A stretch of DNA of 52,576 nt, filler included, from Perkinsus olseni (taxonomy: Eukaryota), in the NCBI GenBank assembly GCA_013115125.1. It is 2 parts of 2 records of this genome, joined end to end, with 100 filler letters (N's around TTAATTAATTAA, not from the genome) between each part and the next. Parts side by side here need not be neighbours in the genome. Positions count along the whole stretch, not along the records: positions 26,344 to 52,576 come from JABANN010000486.1; 1 more part is not named here. One strand, written 5' to 3'. A program made the translations under genes and the position numbers. The notes under the pieces were generated by a model. It was not told the DNA's origin. It was given only the letters and a program-made list of their open reading frames with translations, and did no database searches. Below are positions 39,576 to 52,111 of the stretch, piece by piece. Position 1 is the first letter of the stretch. Each line of letters opens with the position of its first letter.

Positions 39576-41546
39576 TTACCCCTCTTTCTTAGTGAAGCTC
39601 AGTGGGTCTCTGCCCTCATCCGTAGCTTCCACTGATGTCCTGAGTACCTGAAGAGACTAGTGTTAGTCTTCAACGCTTGCTCCGCAGTTTTGAACGGACG
39701 AATAACAGTCTGACTTACAGGAGAGCCCACATAGCAGAGCACTCAATAGCAGATTGGGCCCCCAGCTGTCATCTCCTGCGTCATCGGTCTGGAAACTGCC
39801 GACCCAGTTCTGAAATACAACGTAAAGCACTACGCAATCGAATAGAGATTTTGACGGACAACCCGCATCTTATGGGAATAAAACCCATCAGTAACACAGA
39901 CTCGATGCATTGAGGAGCGCTAATACTCCACGGGCAATTTCCGAACTTATTTCATAAAGGTCATCATGCGATGCTGCCCCTCCCCGGTACGATAGAGTCC
40001 GTAAACTCCTTCTGATTCACCACCGCGACCTTGAGCTGCAGTGACCGAGAACGCGATTCACAACCTGACATAGAAGCGTTAACTGCTCCGTCTGCCATGT
40101 GAGCTGCACCGTTTGATGAAACATCCAGACAATGTCATCAGACACATCACGCGTATAGAGGGCGAGAAGCGAGCATACTTCGGCCCTACTCTTTTCTAGG
40201 ATACGGCTGCTGTATACAGCAAGCGCCTCTTGACCAGCGGCGTGGTCTGGGTGACCTCCTGGACACACGGCGACCTTGAAGGAAAACATCAACGCAAGTA
40301 CTGTAGCAGCTAAGGATTCGAATAGAGATAGACGAGCGCCATAGCCGTCGCCGTGTGAGCAACATAGTGTGGTGTCAAAATAGTACACCTCGGGAGTGGT
40401 TCACCTGGGTCCGATAGTTGCCTTTCCATACCGGCTTGAACTTGATGTCCTCGCCTCTCTTGTAATCGGCAACATCTTCAATCCGAACTTCCTGCTCGTT
40501 AGGTCCCGGTGGAAGAATCGGAGCTGGAGTAACATTGAGTCTCGCATTAGTCAGGTCCACCCGTGCCTTCATAACCTACGAAGATTGAAGGAAGCTAAGA
40601 AATATGTTTGCCGATTCCCGAGGAGGGCGATGGCGAGCTCAAGTATCAAGGAACCCCTCTGGTGTCGAAAGCTCAAGAAACGCGTGAAATGGAACCGCAC
40701 TACCGATTGTAGGGGCAGTAAACACGCTGCGAGGTGCATTTACTGAGGGCTCTGTGTGGGGACTTCTCCTAGACTTACTATGCCTCCTTCATCATCAAAG
40801 AAATCTGGATCCTCTGCCTTCTGCAGTTCCTTTTCGAGAAGTTTCGCCCATCCCCAGCTACATGACTTCATATCGTATGGCATTCCCAGACCTCTTCTTG
40901 TCTGAAGATAAGCCCAAGACTCTAGAAACTGAAGGGCGCTCGAAACGTTGTAGGTTCACTCATGCCGAGATCCCAGTCGCAAGAGCACTTACGATAGACT
41001 GCTTATCATTTCGATGGTTCACGAGGGTTATCTGCGAAACAACGTTCTCGTACGTAACTTGAGCGCTCACGCCTAGAGGAAGACCAGCCAACAGACGGCT
41101 TCGCGAAAGACGGCAAGAAGGCCCCGTACCACTCGTAGGGAGTCCAACGACATAGGCGCTCAAGGAGTTTTCAACCTCGCCCATGGGATAAACCTTGAGC
41201 TGAAACAGAAGAGCAGTACTCAGGATGTAGCTCGATGCGTATGAAATGATCGAACAAGACAAAAACTGTCGTTCAAATTCGAGCCGCAGCGGCTTCCCCT
41301 CACCTGATAAGTGAAGAGCTCGATCAATTTGGTAGGTGACTTGATGAACTCTCCAACTTTGAAATTCGCGACGTCTTTAATTCGGAACACCAGTTCGGAC
41401 ACTTTCGGATCTCCATTGGCTGAAGACACATCGAGGAAGAGACCGTCCGGAAATGGGAGTACTACCATCCTACCTCCATTCTTGTCATCGTCATCGTTGC
41501 TTGGATTCCCTTGGTTCCTCGAGGGAGACTTGACTGCCGCAGGCAT
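39576..41546 (-). CDS. Double MATH domain protein, array copy D (possibly damaged near the 3' end)
   Basis: SELVFRIKDVANFKVGEFIKSP, LKVYPMGEVENSLSAYV, ITLVNH, EVRIEDVADYKRGEDIKFKPVW, VAVCPGGHPDHAAGQEALAVY, DDSWGPNLL and VLRTSVEATDEGRDPLSFTKKEG*. The GWLDxxG segment appears deleted near 39720-39745. Confidence 0.68.
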
Positions 41547-42149
41547 GAGGATCGTTACGAAAGAACTGCATTGGACTCGGGCTTGTATACGAATTATTGA
41601 TATCTTGGATATCTGTTCGCGCCTAGTGAATCTGTTCACCACGCTCACAAAGACAGCTCTTGCCGCCGAATCTACAGTCTGATGCCAATAAACTTGGAGA
41701 CCTGAGAATGCTCATCGAACGACGCATCCCACCGCTCTACGGTCTCGCCGAGACCTTCTTAGCTGAGCATAATTACTACTGAAGATGATCTTACCATCGA
41801 AGGGGAGAGATTTTTCTTCCACAATCGAAAGCACTGATGCTCTGAAAATTTGACGGAGCGAACAAAGCGGGCCCCCACATCTAGCTCCTAACTATAGGCT
41901 TGAGCAGGATGAATGAGAGAGTCTCAGCGACTCAATGACCTTCTGGAGGACGAATCAGAAAGGCTATGAGATCCCAATACTGAGGAGAAATATCAGTGCC
42001 GCGCCAGCGGAAATATAGTAAAGAAGGGCTGACACAAACGAGTTCCGAGAAGCAGCCTCTCAAAACTGAAGTTACTCGCCAGATTCTGCATGCTCAAGCC
42101 TTTGCACGCGTGCATGATGCACGTAGCATGGCTACTTTGAGTAGCCTAC

Positions 42150-42460
42150 TCACAACTCTCCTCTTTGTGAAGCTTAGCGGGTCGCGACCCTCGTCCGCAG
42201 ATACCACTGACATTCTGAGTAACTGCGAAGGGGTGAATGAGTCCATCAGCTTCAGAAATTACTTTTCCCGCGTGATCGAGAAAACTTTAAGCTCAAACCC
42301 GGAAAACTTCGAAACTGATGCGGTAGTGGCAGGCTCACCAGTTCGCCATCTCCATCCAACCATCCCTTGCTCTCATCTCTTAAGTCAGCAACGTTCATGA
42401 GTCGATTAGGGCCCTAGCTGCCATCCCCAGTACCACCAGGCTGGAAAGTGCCCACCCATG
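42150..42460 (-). pseudogene. Truncated MATH-family copy E (last two exons only)
   Basis: WVGTFQPGGTGDGS*GPNRLMNVADLRDESKGWLDGDGEL|LLRMSVVSADEGRDPLSFTK. The conserved Trp codon is mutated to TAG at 42414-42416 and upstream exons are absent. Confidence 0.75.
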
Positions 42461-43241
42461 ACCGAGAAGCAACTCAAACAGAATACCATTATGTACAAGC
42501 TACAGCTCTTCTACACTAGCCTCATTTGAAGCAGAGTGCGCCGACGGAGCAGTGCCCCGACCTCGCCAGCAGACACCCTGCCCCAGTGTCCATCACCTGG
42601 GATGATCGGGGAAACCAAAGAATCTTCAAGCTACTCGATCGTAGTGATCTCACCAGTAATCCATTCTCATCATACCGCTCCATGCTCATGCCTCTCGAAT
42701 CCGCAGAACACAAGGACTTGGCAGCCAGGAGACGCTTTAGTCACAAGATAATCTCGACCGATAACCATTCTGCACAGTCGCTTGGCTAGACTACTAGAGC
42801 CCATCTCCAGGAGATCATCTCCTGGGATTATCTGTGCAAGTCAGCGTTTTGCTCTAGTGATTGCTGTAGACAGCACTGTTCTCGTCTCTGACGCTAAGGC
42901 TCAGCGGCTAAGCGCCGCCAACAAGAGCGAAAAAATACAACCATGAGAAAAACTCATAGGAGTCGAAGCACCGGAATATAGAACAGCCCGAATTGTTTAT
43001 TGACTATGCAACACCACACTGCCACTTCAACTGAGAGAAGACCGTCTGACCAAAACTTACGCGGTATACCACCCTACCACGGGAAAAACGAACTTTCCTC
43101 GACCGCCTCCCAACACGGTCACGTAAAAAGATATCAGCCATGAAGACTGGAGCCACCACCGACTGCTACACATCATTGCCAAACTGGATCCAACATATCA
43201 TGAAGAGAATAATGTGACGACTATGACCTCGATAAGCTCAT

Positions 43242-44396
43242 TCAAGAAGATGCTGGGGGAGTCGCATTGGTAGGCATATACATCGACTTCACTGCGTTTG
43301 TCCATATACTATTAGAAGTAGATGTACCATGTAAAAGTAGTATCACTTCTTGACCACTTAACAACTTCCCTGCCATCTCGTTCACTATGTTGAGTGTCTC
43401 GTTCCGTATTTGAATAACCACCATGTTCTTAACATAAGACATACTCTTCGCTATCAGACTAGTACCATTAACAGCCACAGAAACCCCCACAGGCGTGTTC
43501 TTGTAGTACAAGTCACCTGTTACGTTGCCAACATGAGGTATAGTAATTACAGTTGGATTTGGTACCTCTACGCCGGAATAGCCAAATTGGGCCTGTATTA
43601 CACCTGGCACATCTGTCCAATATTTTTTCTTCAACTCAGCATCAGGTGGGAAAAACTGTATTGAGGTTGTAGATTTGCCCATAACCTTGGTGAAGTTATT
43701 GAAACCACTAATGCTAACAGATTTATCAAAATTAAGACCCTTAAAGGTAATACCCAAACCTTTCACGTCCATCTTGCCCTTCATGTTCAGCGAAACCGTA
43801 TCCTTCAGCATGACATCGACTCCAAATCCATCGAATACTGCTCTATCTGTAACATATAAAGTGGCATCATTAGTGAACTGAGTAGTGGCATGCCCAGCAA
43901 CATCCATCCGCGGTAGATAAACATAACCCAGCTGTTTACCATTAATATATATATCATTGCGTGACGGTAGAATAGTAGACGACATACTGTCACTTTTAAC
44001 GCTTATCTTCATAGTACTGTCCAAACATAGAGCCGCACTGGCGTCATTGCCACCACACTCAACGGGGTCGCGAATAGCCAACTCATTAAGATTCACAACC
44101 GATGAGTTCAGCCCGCTTTGCGCCATGGCTCTGCCACCAACGAACAATATCAATAATACAGCGACTATTATCAATATCATAAGTATAACAATGATAATCC
44201 ATAGCCATATGAACTGCTTACGACTTAGTTTGCCACAACAATACCGTTTAGCCGGTGCATCCGCAGCCAGTACCCCAGCACCGGCAAGTACTTTCTCATC
44301 ACTACCCGAGCGAATACCCTCTTCAAGCTCAGCTGGTGGCGGATGCTCCGTCTTACTTTGATCAGTCATACTGCTGTCTGACAACGGTTGGTTCAT
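43242..44396 (-). CDS. Intronless single-pass (type II) membrane protein, DUF3712 / LEA_2-like beta domains
   Basis: 424-codon ORF, likely start MNQPLS at 44396. TM helix FIWLWIIIVILMILIIVAVLLILFV followed by AMAQSGLNSSVVNLNELAIRDP..LGYVYLPRMDV..LYVTDRAVFDGF..VSLNMKGK..FDKSVSISGFNNF and VPNPTVITIPHVGNVTGDLYY, matching the DUF3712 pattern as recalled. Confidence 0.75.
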   Translation of the reverse strand: MNQPLSDSSMTDQSKTEHPPPAELEEGIRSGSDEKVLAGAGVLAADAPAKRYCCGKLSRKQFIWLWIIIVILMILIIVAVLLILFVGGRAMAQSGLNSSVVNLNELAIRDPVECGGNDASAALCLDSTMKISVKSDSMSSTILPSRNDIYINGKQLGYVYLPRMDVAGHATTQFTNDATLYVTDRAVFDGFGVDVMLKDTVSLNMKGKMDVKGLGITFKGLNFDKSVSISGFNNFTKVMGKSTTSIQFFPPDAELKKKYWTDVPGVIQAQFGYSGVEVPNPTVITIPHVGNVTGDLYYKNTPVGVSVAVNGTSLIAKSMSYVKNMVVIQIRNETLNIVNEMAGKLLSGQEVILLLHGTSTSNSIWTNAVKSMYMPTNATPPASS

Positions 44397-45523
44397 GTTC
44401 GTGGCAGCACTGTGACGCCGATGAGTTGCGAATATCGCTACGCCCTGATGATCGATTATGTCACCTATGGAGGAGATAGTGGTGCCAGCCCCACTGAGTC
44501 CATTGCCTGATCGCATCGGCTCCCTGGCTAGGAATGCTCGAACCGAAAGCAGGGCAGGTTTGGCAGATCTGCATTCCTACACAAGCCACGTTTGGGCGTC
44601 TACTACTTGCTTTTTCCGACTGGTACTGTTTGTTGGAGACTTAGCGCTACCATGCACGCAGGCGTAGTCTGTCTGTGAGGCAAAAATGGATGAAGTCGTT
44701 GCAACGAGCTCTTGAGCATTCCACGACCTTCACTGAGCCCAGGGCCTCAGAAATTGCACCATCTGACGTCAATTGGATAGACTCAGCATGGTGGAATCGC
44801 GCATTCTTTGCTTCATAGAGATTCTCTATTAGAGAATGTGCGTGCACAGGAGTTGTGCGCGACGAGTCGAGGAATAAGATAAAATCTTCCAATATGATTC
44901 AATGCTACGGCGATGATAGGCCATCATTGACGGGAATGCCAAAGGAGGAGGCAACCTCACAGAGTGAGCATCTCTTCCAGCTCCTGCGATGGAAGCAACG
45001 AAAACCTACACAATACGGACCCTGTCATCTCCTCTCTGCCTGCAAAGTGAGCGGACACATACAGCCAGCCTTCCTCGTCTATCAGCTCGGTAAGGCTGGC
45101 CTCCTGAATACATAGCAACCTCGAGAACATGTAACGAGAGGAAGACTCGACAATTCAGGAAGCGAAGTCGTGCTGCATCCGCCGGTCCCGGCTTAGTTAG
45201 ACTCTTGCCGATGTTCACAGTTGGAGACTCTCTGTAGCGTTGACATGCAGGGCGACCAAGAAGATTGCACTGCGTACTGCGCACTGAGTACTGCGATCCA
45301 ACATTGTTGGTCCATGGACCAACAACAGCAGCGATCTTGCCCCGCTTCACTGTGAAACGCTTGTACCATTCACGAGCACTCAAAAATGCAGTAACAGCGC
45401 ACGGCTAGCGGTCCGGGAGTGTGCTCCGATTAGAGATGGTGGAGACTCCCCACTGGAGGGCAGCTTGTACTGCTAATATTCACACCATCGATCGACTCGC
45501 TGAAGGCAAAGCGACGAGCTTTC

Positions 45524-46978
45524 CTACCTTCTGCAAGCCATTGGATCTCGCCTTTCATTTGCGGCTTTCACAGATACTCGTAGTACCTTCGTACCGTAGT
45601 ACCTGCGATTCCTACCAGTGTTCCTTTCGTGCCCAGCCACCCATTCTTTTTATCCCTCAGATCTACCACACCCAAGAGTCAGTTGGGACCCCAGCTGTCA
45701 ACAGCCTCATCGCAGGATGCTACGCAGGATGCTACATTTATTTCATCTCCATGATTCGAAGGACAGAAGCGCCATCAGTGTTATCAGCTCCAAGAGCTTC
45801 TTGACTACTCCCTTCTCTTCAGTTACCGGACAAGGTCATGAAAGCGCAATTCGAAATTGCTAATTTCTCCGGGGCGCGGTCTTGGAGATGTAACGCTGAT
45901 ACCCCAGCTTACAATAGAGTTCCCAAGCTTCTTGCGGTTCGCCACAGTGACTGTTAGCTTCAGCGATTTAGGAGCTTTCTCGGTTTCTGATATGTGAACA
46001 ATACGCAGCAAAAAGCCACAAAACCATCAGGAATGACAAGCATCGGGCACACCCAATTTCATTCACAATTTAATCGGAGACGCAAACGTAAATATTACTG
46101 GTAACGCGTAACTGTTCCTCACCCCTTCTCCCTAGTATGTGTATATACACAGCTAGACCCTCTTGGGAATCGGCATGACCGGGGTGGCCTCCGGGATACG
46201 CAAAAACCTTGACCACATTGTGTAATGGAGTTGGAGACTGGCGAGCACCTCACTTGAATTCGGTAGTTGCCTCTCCAGGTGGGCTTGGATTTCATATCCT
46301 CGCCTTCCTCAAAATCGACAGCATCTTGGATCCTGAACCCCAGCTCATCCCCCTCCACGGAGACACCCTCAAACGGAGCTAGTAGCGCCTTCGCTGCTCT
46401 GAGGTCCACCTGTGCTTTAATAACCTACAAAAACCATGCTTTGAGGAGAACTGAAAGTCGAGAGGTGGCGAAGGTCTTCGGACGCCGGATACTAATGATC
46501 GAGTAATCCGCTCCCCAAGAGGCCAAGTTGTTTATCGGAGAGCACGCGAAAGCATATGAAGGGACTCACTATGCCTCCTTCCTGATCGAATAAGTCTGGG
46601 TATTTTGCTGGCAGCAGCTTCTCGTGGAGAAGGTCCACGTCGCAGCTCGCTTCATTCGTTGTCAAGCAATCGTTGAGCACTCCGCCGGTCTAAATAAGTA
46701 CGATCACGAGGATAGTGAGCGAGAATATGCAGTCAATGACTATTAGTCGTAGGATCCGCTGCACAGACATCGTCATTCACCTGATAGTTGAAGAGCTCTA
46801 CAAGTTCTGTTGGCGACTTGATAGACTCCCCGACTTTGTACTTGGTAACGTCATCGATGCGGAAGACAAGCTCAGATATTCTTGCGTGTCCGTCATCTAA
46901 GGAGCAATACCCACCTCGCTTCTTAGTGTGCCCACATCTTTTCCCGATAAAGTCCATCTTATGCCACTCCCGTTTCAT
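45524..46978 (-). pseudogene. MATH-family pseudogene, copy F
   Basis: SELVFRIDDVTKYKVGESIKSP and FRIQDAVDFEEGEDMKSKPTWRGNYRIQ are present, but the LKVYP and ITLVNH exons of domain 1 are missing. DSWGPN*LL nonsense codon (about 45679), a frameshift before GWLG, and an eroded tail NERRDPMA. Confidence 0.72.
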
Positions 46979-47431
46979 AGATATCTACATGATTTCTTTT
47001 CCGAGTTTGATTTCCGAGCCTGTCCCGAGAGCCAAGAGAAAGTTTCCGTTTTAGAGAGCCGCTCAAAGGAACATCACTGCTCAGGCACATCGTCCCGTAG
47101 CGAGTGTTGGACGACTGCTCGTTGAACGTTACCAAACAGACGAAGAACGGACGGCACAAGTCATCCACGTTGACTGATATGCCGAGCGGATGCTGCTATG
47201 GGGCGGACGCGGCAAATTATTGAGTCTAGCTAATATCCAATGGATATGAAAATTCAGGGATTGCAATACCATTCGCCATCCTACCACGATCGTCGGCGTC
47301 GCTTACCGTTAGAGGAATGTCTTATTGTTGTCTATCTCCCAATCTCAGTGTGCATGCGTGCACCCTTTTAGCTATGGTAACACTGGTTGGTTGTTGTGCG
47401 ATCAGTACTGATGAGATTGGTATAAGTCAGT

Positions 47432-47451
47432 CGTAGCCATCTTGGCTCAAG
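47432..47451 (+). other. Genomic relic of the Perkinsus spliced leader (SL)
   Basis: CGTAGCCATCTTGGCTCAAG equals the 3' 20 nt of the 22-nt Perkinsus SL ACCGTAGCCATCTTGGCTCAAG. It is followed by TTCTG, not the GT donor of an SL-RNA gene. Confidence 0.88.
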
Positions 47452-48500
47452 TTCTGAATTGTTGGGTTCAGTCAATGTCTGACAACCCTCATGGGAGCGG
47501 AACACCTGCCGTTGATATACTACCGAGCTCGGCATGAGGAGCGGACTCAATAAATGACACTGCAGTACAATCTCGACTCACCGTGGGTGGAGATTGATAA
47601 CCGTATCATCGATAGCGATTAACATCGCTCACAGACGAGTGGAGAATGACCAGACAAGTATAGTCACAGTTCCAGTATAGTCGCGTGTTGAAGGACTCAA
47701 ATTATGAACGCTTATGGGGGCCCAAGCCTCACACCCACGACCCGTGCAACAGGGAATTGCCGGACCAAAGCGACTTCTTGAGTGATCCGAGTTTTGATAA
47801 TCTAATAACTAAGATCGTGCTTTGCACTCGGAGAACCCATACAGGTCAGATAATGGGCTATAGCCTGAGCCTCTCACAGGCAATTTCGCTGCGAGAATTC
47901 CAGAGTGTGGTGATATAGGCTATAGCGAATTCGTTGCACTCTCGAATGCATCCACGGCGATAGCTCATTCACCGTGGTTACCGTGAAATTCTATGCGACT
48001 TTACAATTGGATCAGAGGAATACTTTTTCATTCTGTATGTCTCGCTCACCGCATCGGATAAGCAATCAGCGTAGACGCCATTCGCTCGTGCAACAAACTG
48101 GCTATCCATTGGTGTCCGTTTTGCGCCACACTCTGAATTCGTCCCTGGATTTTTACGAACAGGACTGAAGGGTATTGCACTGGCGAAAGTTTCAGTTCCA
48201 AACATACCCTACGATGAGGAAATTTACGAAAGATGATATATAACCACGATGCATCCATCGTACGTTCTTCATGCTTCGTACTTCCGAAATTCGTACTACA
48301 AAGGACCAGGTTACGCGCGGATTCCTATTTGTCGAAGTCTCTTTACTCGAGAGGGATCCAGTCGATTGGTCGGTCTCTGTGGATTTTCGCTCATAAACGA
48401 GATAGCCTGGGAACTATCATCATCTCAAATTGAGTTACTAAATGCCGTGGAGAATGAATCGAAACTCTGTAAGACACTGATACTGATAAGATCCTGGTGA
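47432..48500 (+). pseudogene. Putative processed (retroposed) pseudogene beginning with the SL relic; 3' end uncertain
   Basis: SL, then 22 nt of UTR, then an ATG at 47474 (MSDNPHGSGTPAVDILP..). Downstream are broken + strand ORF pieces (47685-47918, 47974-48168, 48249-48500), opposite in orientation to the surrounding array. Confidence 0.5.
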
Positions 48501-48862
48501 CCATTGTTCTTGTCGAGTCGTCATTGTCGACGAGTCGGAGATGCAGAAAAAAGGTACGAGAGGAACAAAGTGAGCAAAGGGACACTGTGAATAGTAGTTC
48601 TGGAGTTATTCGTCGGTCTTGGCACTCTTTGCGCGTCCCTGCGCAGCCTCTTCATTGTTCGTAGCTCTCCTCCTCTTGGCAAAGCTGAAAGCACATCACT
48701 CAAATACCACAAAGATAGTCTCGATAACGCGGTGACACCCTCTGAGATTATTTGTCCACGAGCAGCACATTCATACTCTACGCAGTGGTCTTATTTACTA
48801 ATCAATGTGCGACACGAGAGGCATGAAATTTTCTTGCGAATCGCGACTAGCCTGAAGTGTGA

Positions 48863-50445
48863 TTACCTCTTCGTAAAACTGAGCGGGTCTCGACCCTCAT
48901 CCGCGGCCTCCACTGATGCCCTGAGTAACTAGGGAGGAGGCACCGAATTTGTTTTTCCCCAGTAACATTCGCGTTCTTACCAGCTCTCCGTCCTCATCCA
49001 ACCATCCTTTATCCCCATCTCTTAGATCTTCAATACTCAACAATCGGTTAGGGCCCCAGCTGTCATCTCCGACTTCTTCAGGTCGGAAAGTGCCGACCCA
49101 TTCCTGACAACCACCGCCTTCACAAAGCTGTAGCAGCGTCAGCCAGGCAAGAGAATCACGGTGACAGCTATTCAGTCGTGAAAGCCGAGCAGAAGTTTCA
49201 ACGCGCCCAGCGGCTCCGTGGCAGCATCCCCGTCCGTGGACCTAATCGCTGCCTCCCCTTACAATAGAATCCCCGAGCATCTGGTGGTTAACCACCGCAA
49301 CCTTGAGCTTCAGGAATTCGGGAGCTGCTTCTACTTCTGATATGAAGGCCATTCATCGATCTCAATACGGAGGCGAATCGCCGTCCATCCCACCTTTCTT
49401 TCCTAAAACGTGTATGTAGACAGCGAGTGCCTCTTGGCCATCAAGATGGTCAGGGTGCCCTCCTGGATACACCGCAACCTTGAAGAAATGAAATAATTTG
49501 GTGATACTCGATGCAGCGGACATGCGCAGCACTCTGGCGCGCTGGGCCAAAGCATCTCACCTGTATTCGGTAGTTGCCTCTCCATGTCGGCTTGAATTTC
49601 ACGTCTTCGCCTTTTTCAAAGCCGGTGACCTTTCCAATCCAAATATCCTCATCATCGGGGTCCGCCGCAGCCAGAACCAGCTTCGAGTGATTCAGGTCCA
49701 CGCGTGCCTTGATGACCTATACGAACCATAGTGAATAGGATAGGGAAATAGCCGAAAAGTGCAGAGAACTGCGTTCCAGGTGGTAGACTCTCTGCTACTT
49801 CAGACGAGAAGTCGATGGTACGCTAAATATAGACTCACTATGCTCCCTTCATCCGTGAAGAATACGAACTTCTTCGGCCGTAGCTCCTCGACGAGAAATT
49901 TATCCCAGCCGTGGGCTTGTGAATTCCGGAACGACTCGCAATACCTTCGCTTTGTCTGGACAGGAGAGTGAGCCCTTCACTGGTTACGAGAGAAATGCAG
50001 CTCAGATCGTACACGGATACTGGTTTATAGGAAAGCGAGATGCTTACCAAAGGTTCGCTGGAGTCCCAGTGGTTCTCTAGGCTGACCTCATAACCAACGT
50101 TTTCGTAGACACCACGAGGATCAATTCCTGAGATGATATAAACGTCGCACAGACAACAGCTATGAACGACGACCTGTACCATTCATAGGAACTCGCTGGA
50201 GGTAGAAGGCGAAGTTGTTTTCAACCTTCCCCATGGGGTAGACCTTGAGCTGAACGACCAACGCCCACTACGGGGATAAGTTGACAGCCCGGGCCTCCAT
50301 TACTCGATAATTGAACAGCTCGATCATTTCACTCGATGACTCCACAAACTCTCCGACTTTGTACTTGGTTACATTATCGATGCGAAATTCGAGCTCAGAC
50401 ACTTTTGGATCGGCTGAAGAGCAACAAAATCATACTACTGTACAT
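48863..50445 (-). CDS. Double MATH domain protein, array copy G (start uncertain)
   Basis: SELEFRIDNVTKYKVGEFVES, LKVYPMGKVENNFAFYL, VYENVGYEVSLENH, GWDKFLV, VIKARVDL, FEKGEDVKFKPTWRGNYRIQ, VAVYPGGHPDHLDGQEALAVYIH, LKLKVAVVNH, DDSWGPNRLLSIEDLRDGDKGWLDEDGEL and LLRASVEAADEGRDPLSFTKR*. Confidence 0.8.
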
Positions 50446-52111
50446 CTTCGCTAATTCCGGAAACAAAACGAAGCATCATTCCGAGCGAAGAGGGCTCCCC
50501 TGAATCTATCATGCAAACACCAAAGAAAGTGGGTTTTCAACGCTCCGGAAGGAGAAAGGAGGAAAAATTAAGAAATCGTCGAGCGGGAGTGAGCCATCTT
50601 ACAAGGACTGATTAGCTGCTCCCACTCGGATACTTCGCTGCCGCTTTCAACTGCTGCGGTTGTGGTCGGTTCATCATTCGACTGCGGCTCGGCAGCGGCA
50701 GACATTATGGCTGGCGACGAAGAGCTGCAGTGCAACTGCTACACTAGGGCGCGTCTCAAACGAGATCTCTTTCACTCGCGGAGGTTCAAATTTCACTGAA
50801 GTCAAACGGTGATTGACAGCCGTCAATCATCGACATCGATCAACAATACTATCCCGCTTCAGTGAGATACTAGGCATGAAGTCACACCAGTGTTGCTGTG
50901 ATAGCCCTCAATGTTGCACAGGTTTCAGCAACTAATCCAACCAGCCAGCGGCTCCGTGTCGTTGAAGAACCACAAGCGCCTCGTGACAAGACTATGAAGG
51001 TTCATTCTTCGCCTCAGCATGTATCAACCGAGAAAATCCCTTGGATTGACAAACCTTTTAACACGAGCCACATAGACAGAAAAGCGGTCCACGGATCTCC
51101 GCAAGACCGCTCATACAGAATCGTCATTGCAGTCGACAGTGACTGTAGCACGGCAACTGTGAGACTCATGAGACAACACAAGCTTGAATACTGCAAGACT
51201 GCCCACCCTGACGGTCTAAACCTCCGACGAGAAGCATGACACGTCCGGAATACACAGAGCGGAGAGGAATATCGCTGGGGCTGCTTTAGCCCAGCAGAGC
51301 CAACCAGGCAGTTCATGTCGCATCGGTGAGTTTATGCAGTCTCCCTGAATGAGTTTCTCCGATTTGAGGAAGCCTTCACGCGATCAGAGAGTCCTACACC
51401 GCTTTCTGTGCGGTGGAGCTGCTAGGGTGAGGCAAAAGCACAACATGAAGAAAAGCCCCATCCATAGAGTAAGGACAGACCGCTTGCACCAGTAGGATTA
51501 TCGCTCACCGTCAAAAAGTCTAGGGTTTTCAGACTCATTTCTCTTCTCATGCAATTCACACTGCCGTGGTTAGTGGCACAACGCTCCCGAAATAAAAAGC
51601 CTTGCTCACCGTCATTGTGCCACTATTCAGGGACCGATGGAACTCTGTAGACAAGTAGCAGATAAAACGTAACAAGGGGGCGAGCCTGCCAACAACCAAA
51701 CGGCTTGACGGGTTCGTTAGAATATATGAGGAGCTCTGCCATGTAAAGTCAATTCATCATTGAAGATGTAGCGGAAGTGAAGGAACAGAAGTTGAGAAGG
51801 AACAACCAATGGTAGTGCAAAGCGCTTGCAGTGGGAGTGCTTTGCGCTCAGCGTGCAAACCGTCCACTCTTGGTGGACCTCTCAGCATTCGACGCGCTTC
51901 TTTTTCTGTCGGACCTGGGAAACATACACAGCGAGCAAACCGTCTGGGCGGTTCGGGAACACAGCAGCCGGTCCGCGGCTTATTCAGGGCGTCCCATGAG
52001 CGCTTCAAATTGCACTAACAACGCACGCACGGGTTAACCGAGAGTCCCGTCCCACTATCCCACTCCCGTCCCGGGCACTATCAACTGACCCGTTGAAGGC
52101 AACCGGCCTCC

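Noticed and set aside
42414-45681. In-frame TAG/TGA in MATH copies E and F as stop-codon recoding or an alternative genetic code
   Set aside because: They are single transitions (TGG>TAG, CGA>TGA) in copies that also have deletions or frameshifts, and TAG/TGA act as normal stops in intact genes here.
45710-45736. Small tandem duplications (CGCAGGATGCTA x2; also TGTGCTGCTGTTCAC x2 at about 725-755)
   Set aside because: Ordinary slippage duplications. The first lies in pseudogene F and fits its decay.
47432-47520. Functional SL-RNA gene
   Set aside because: The SL exon is not followed by a GT donor, the first two SL bases are altered, and there is no tandem SL array.
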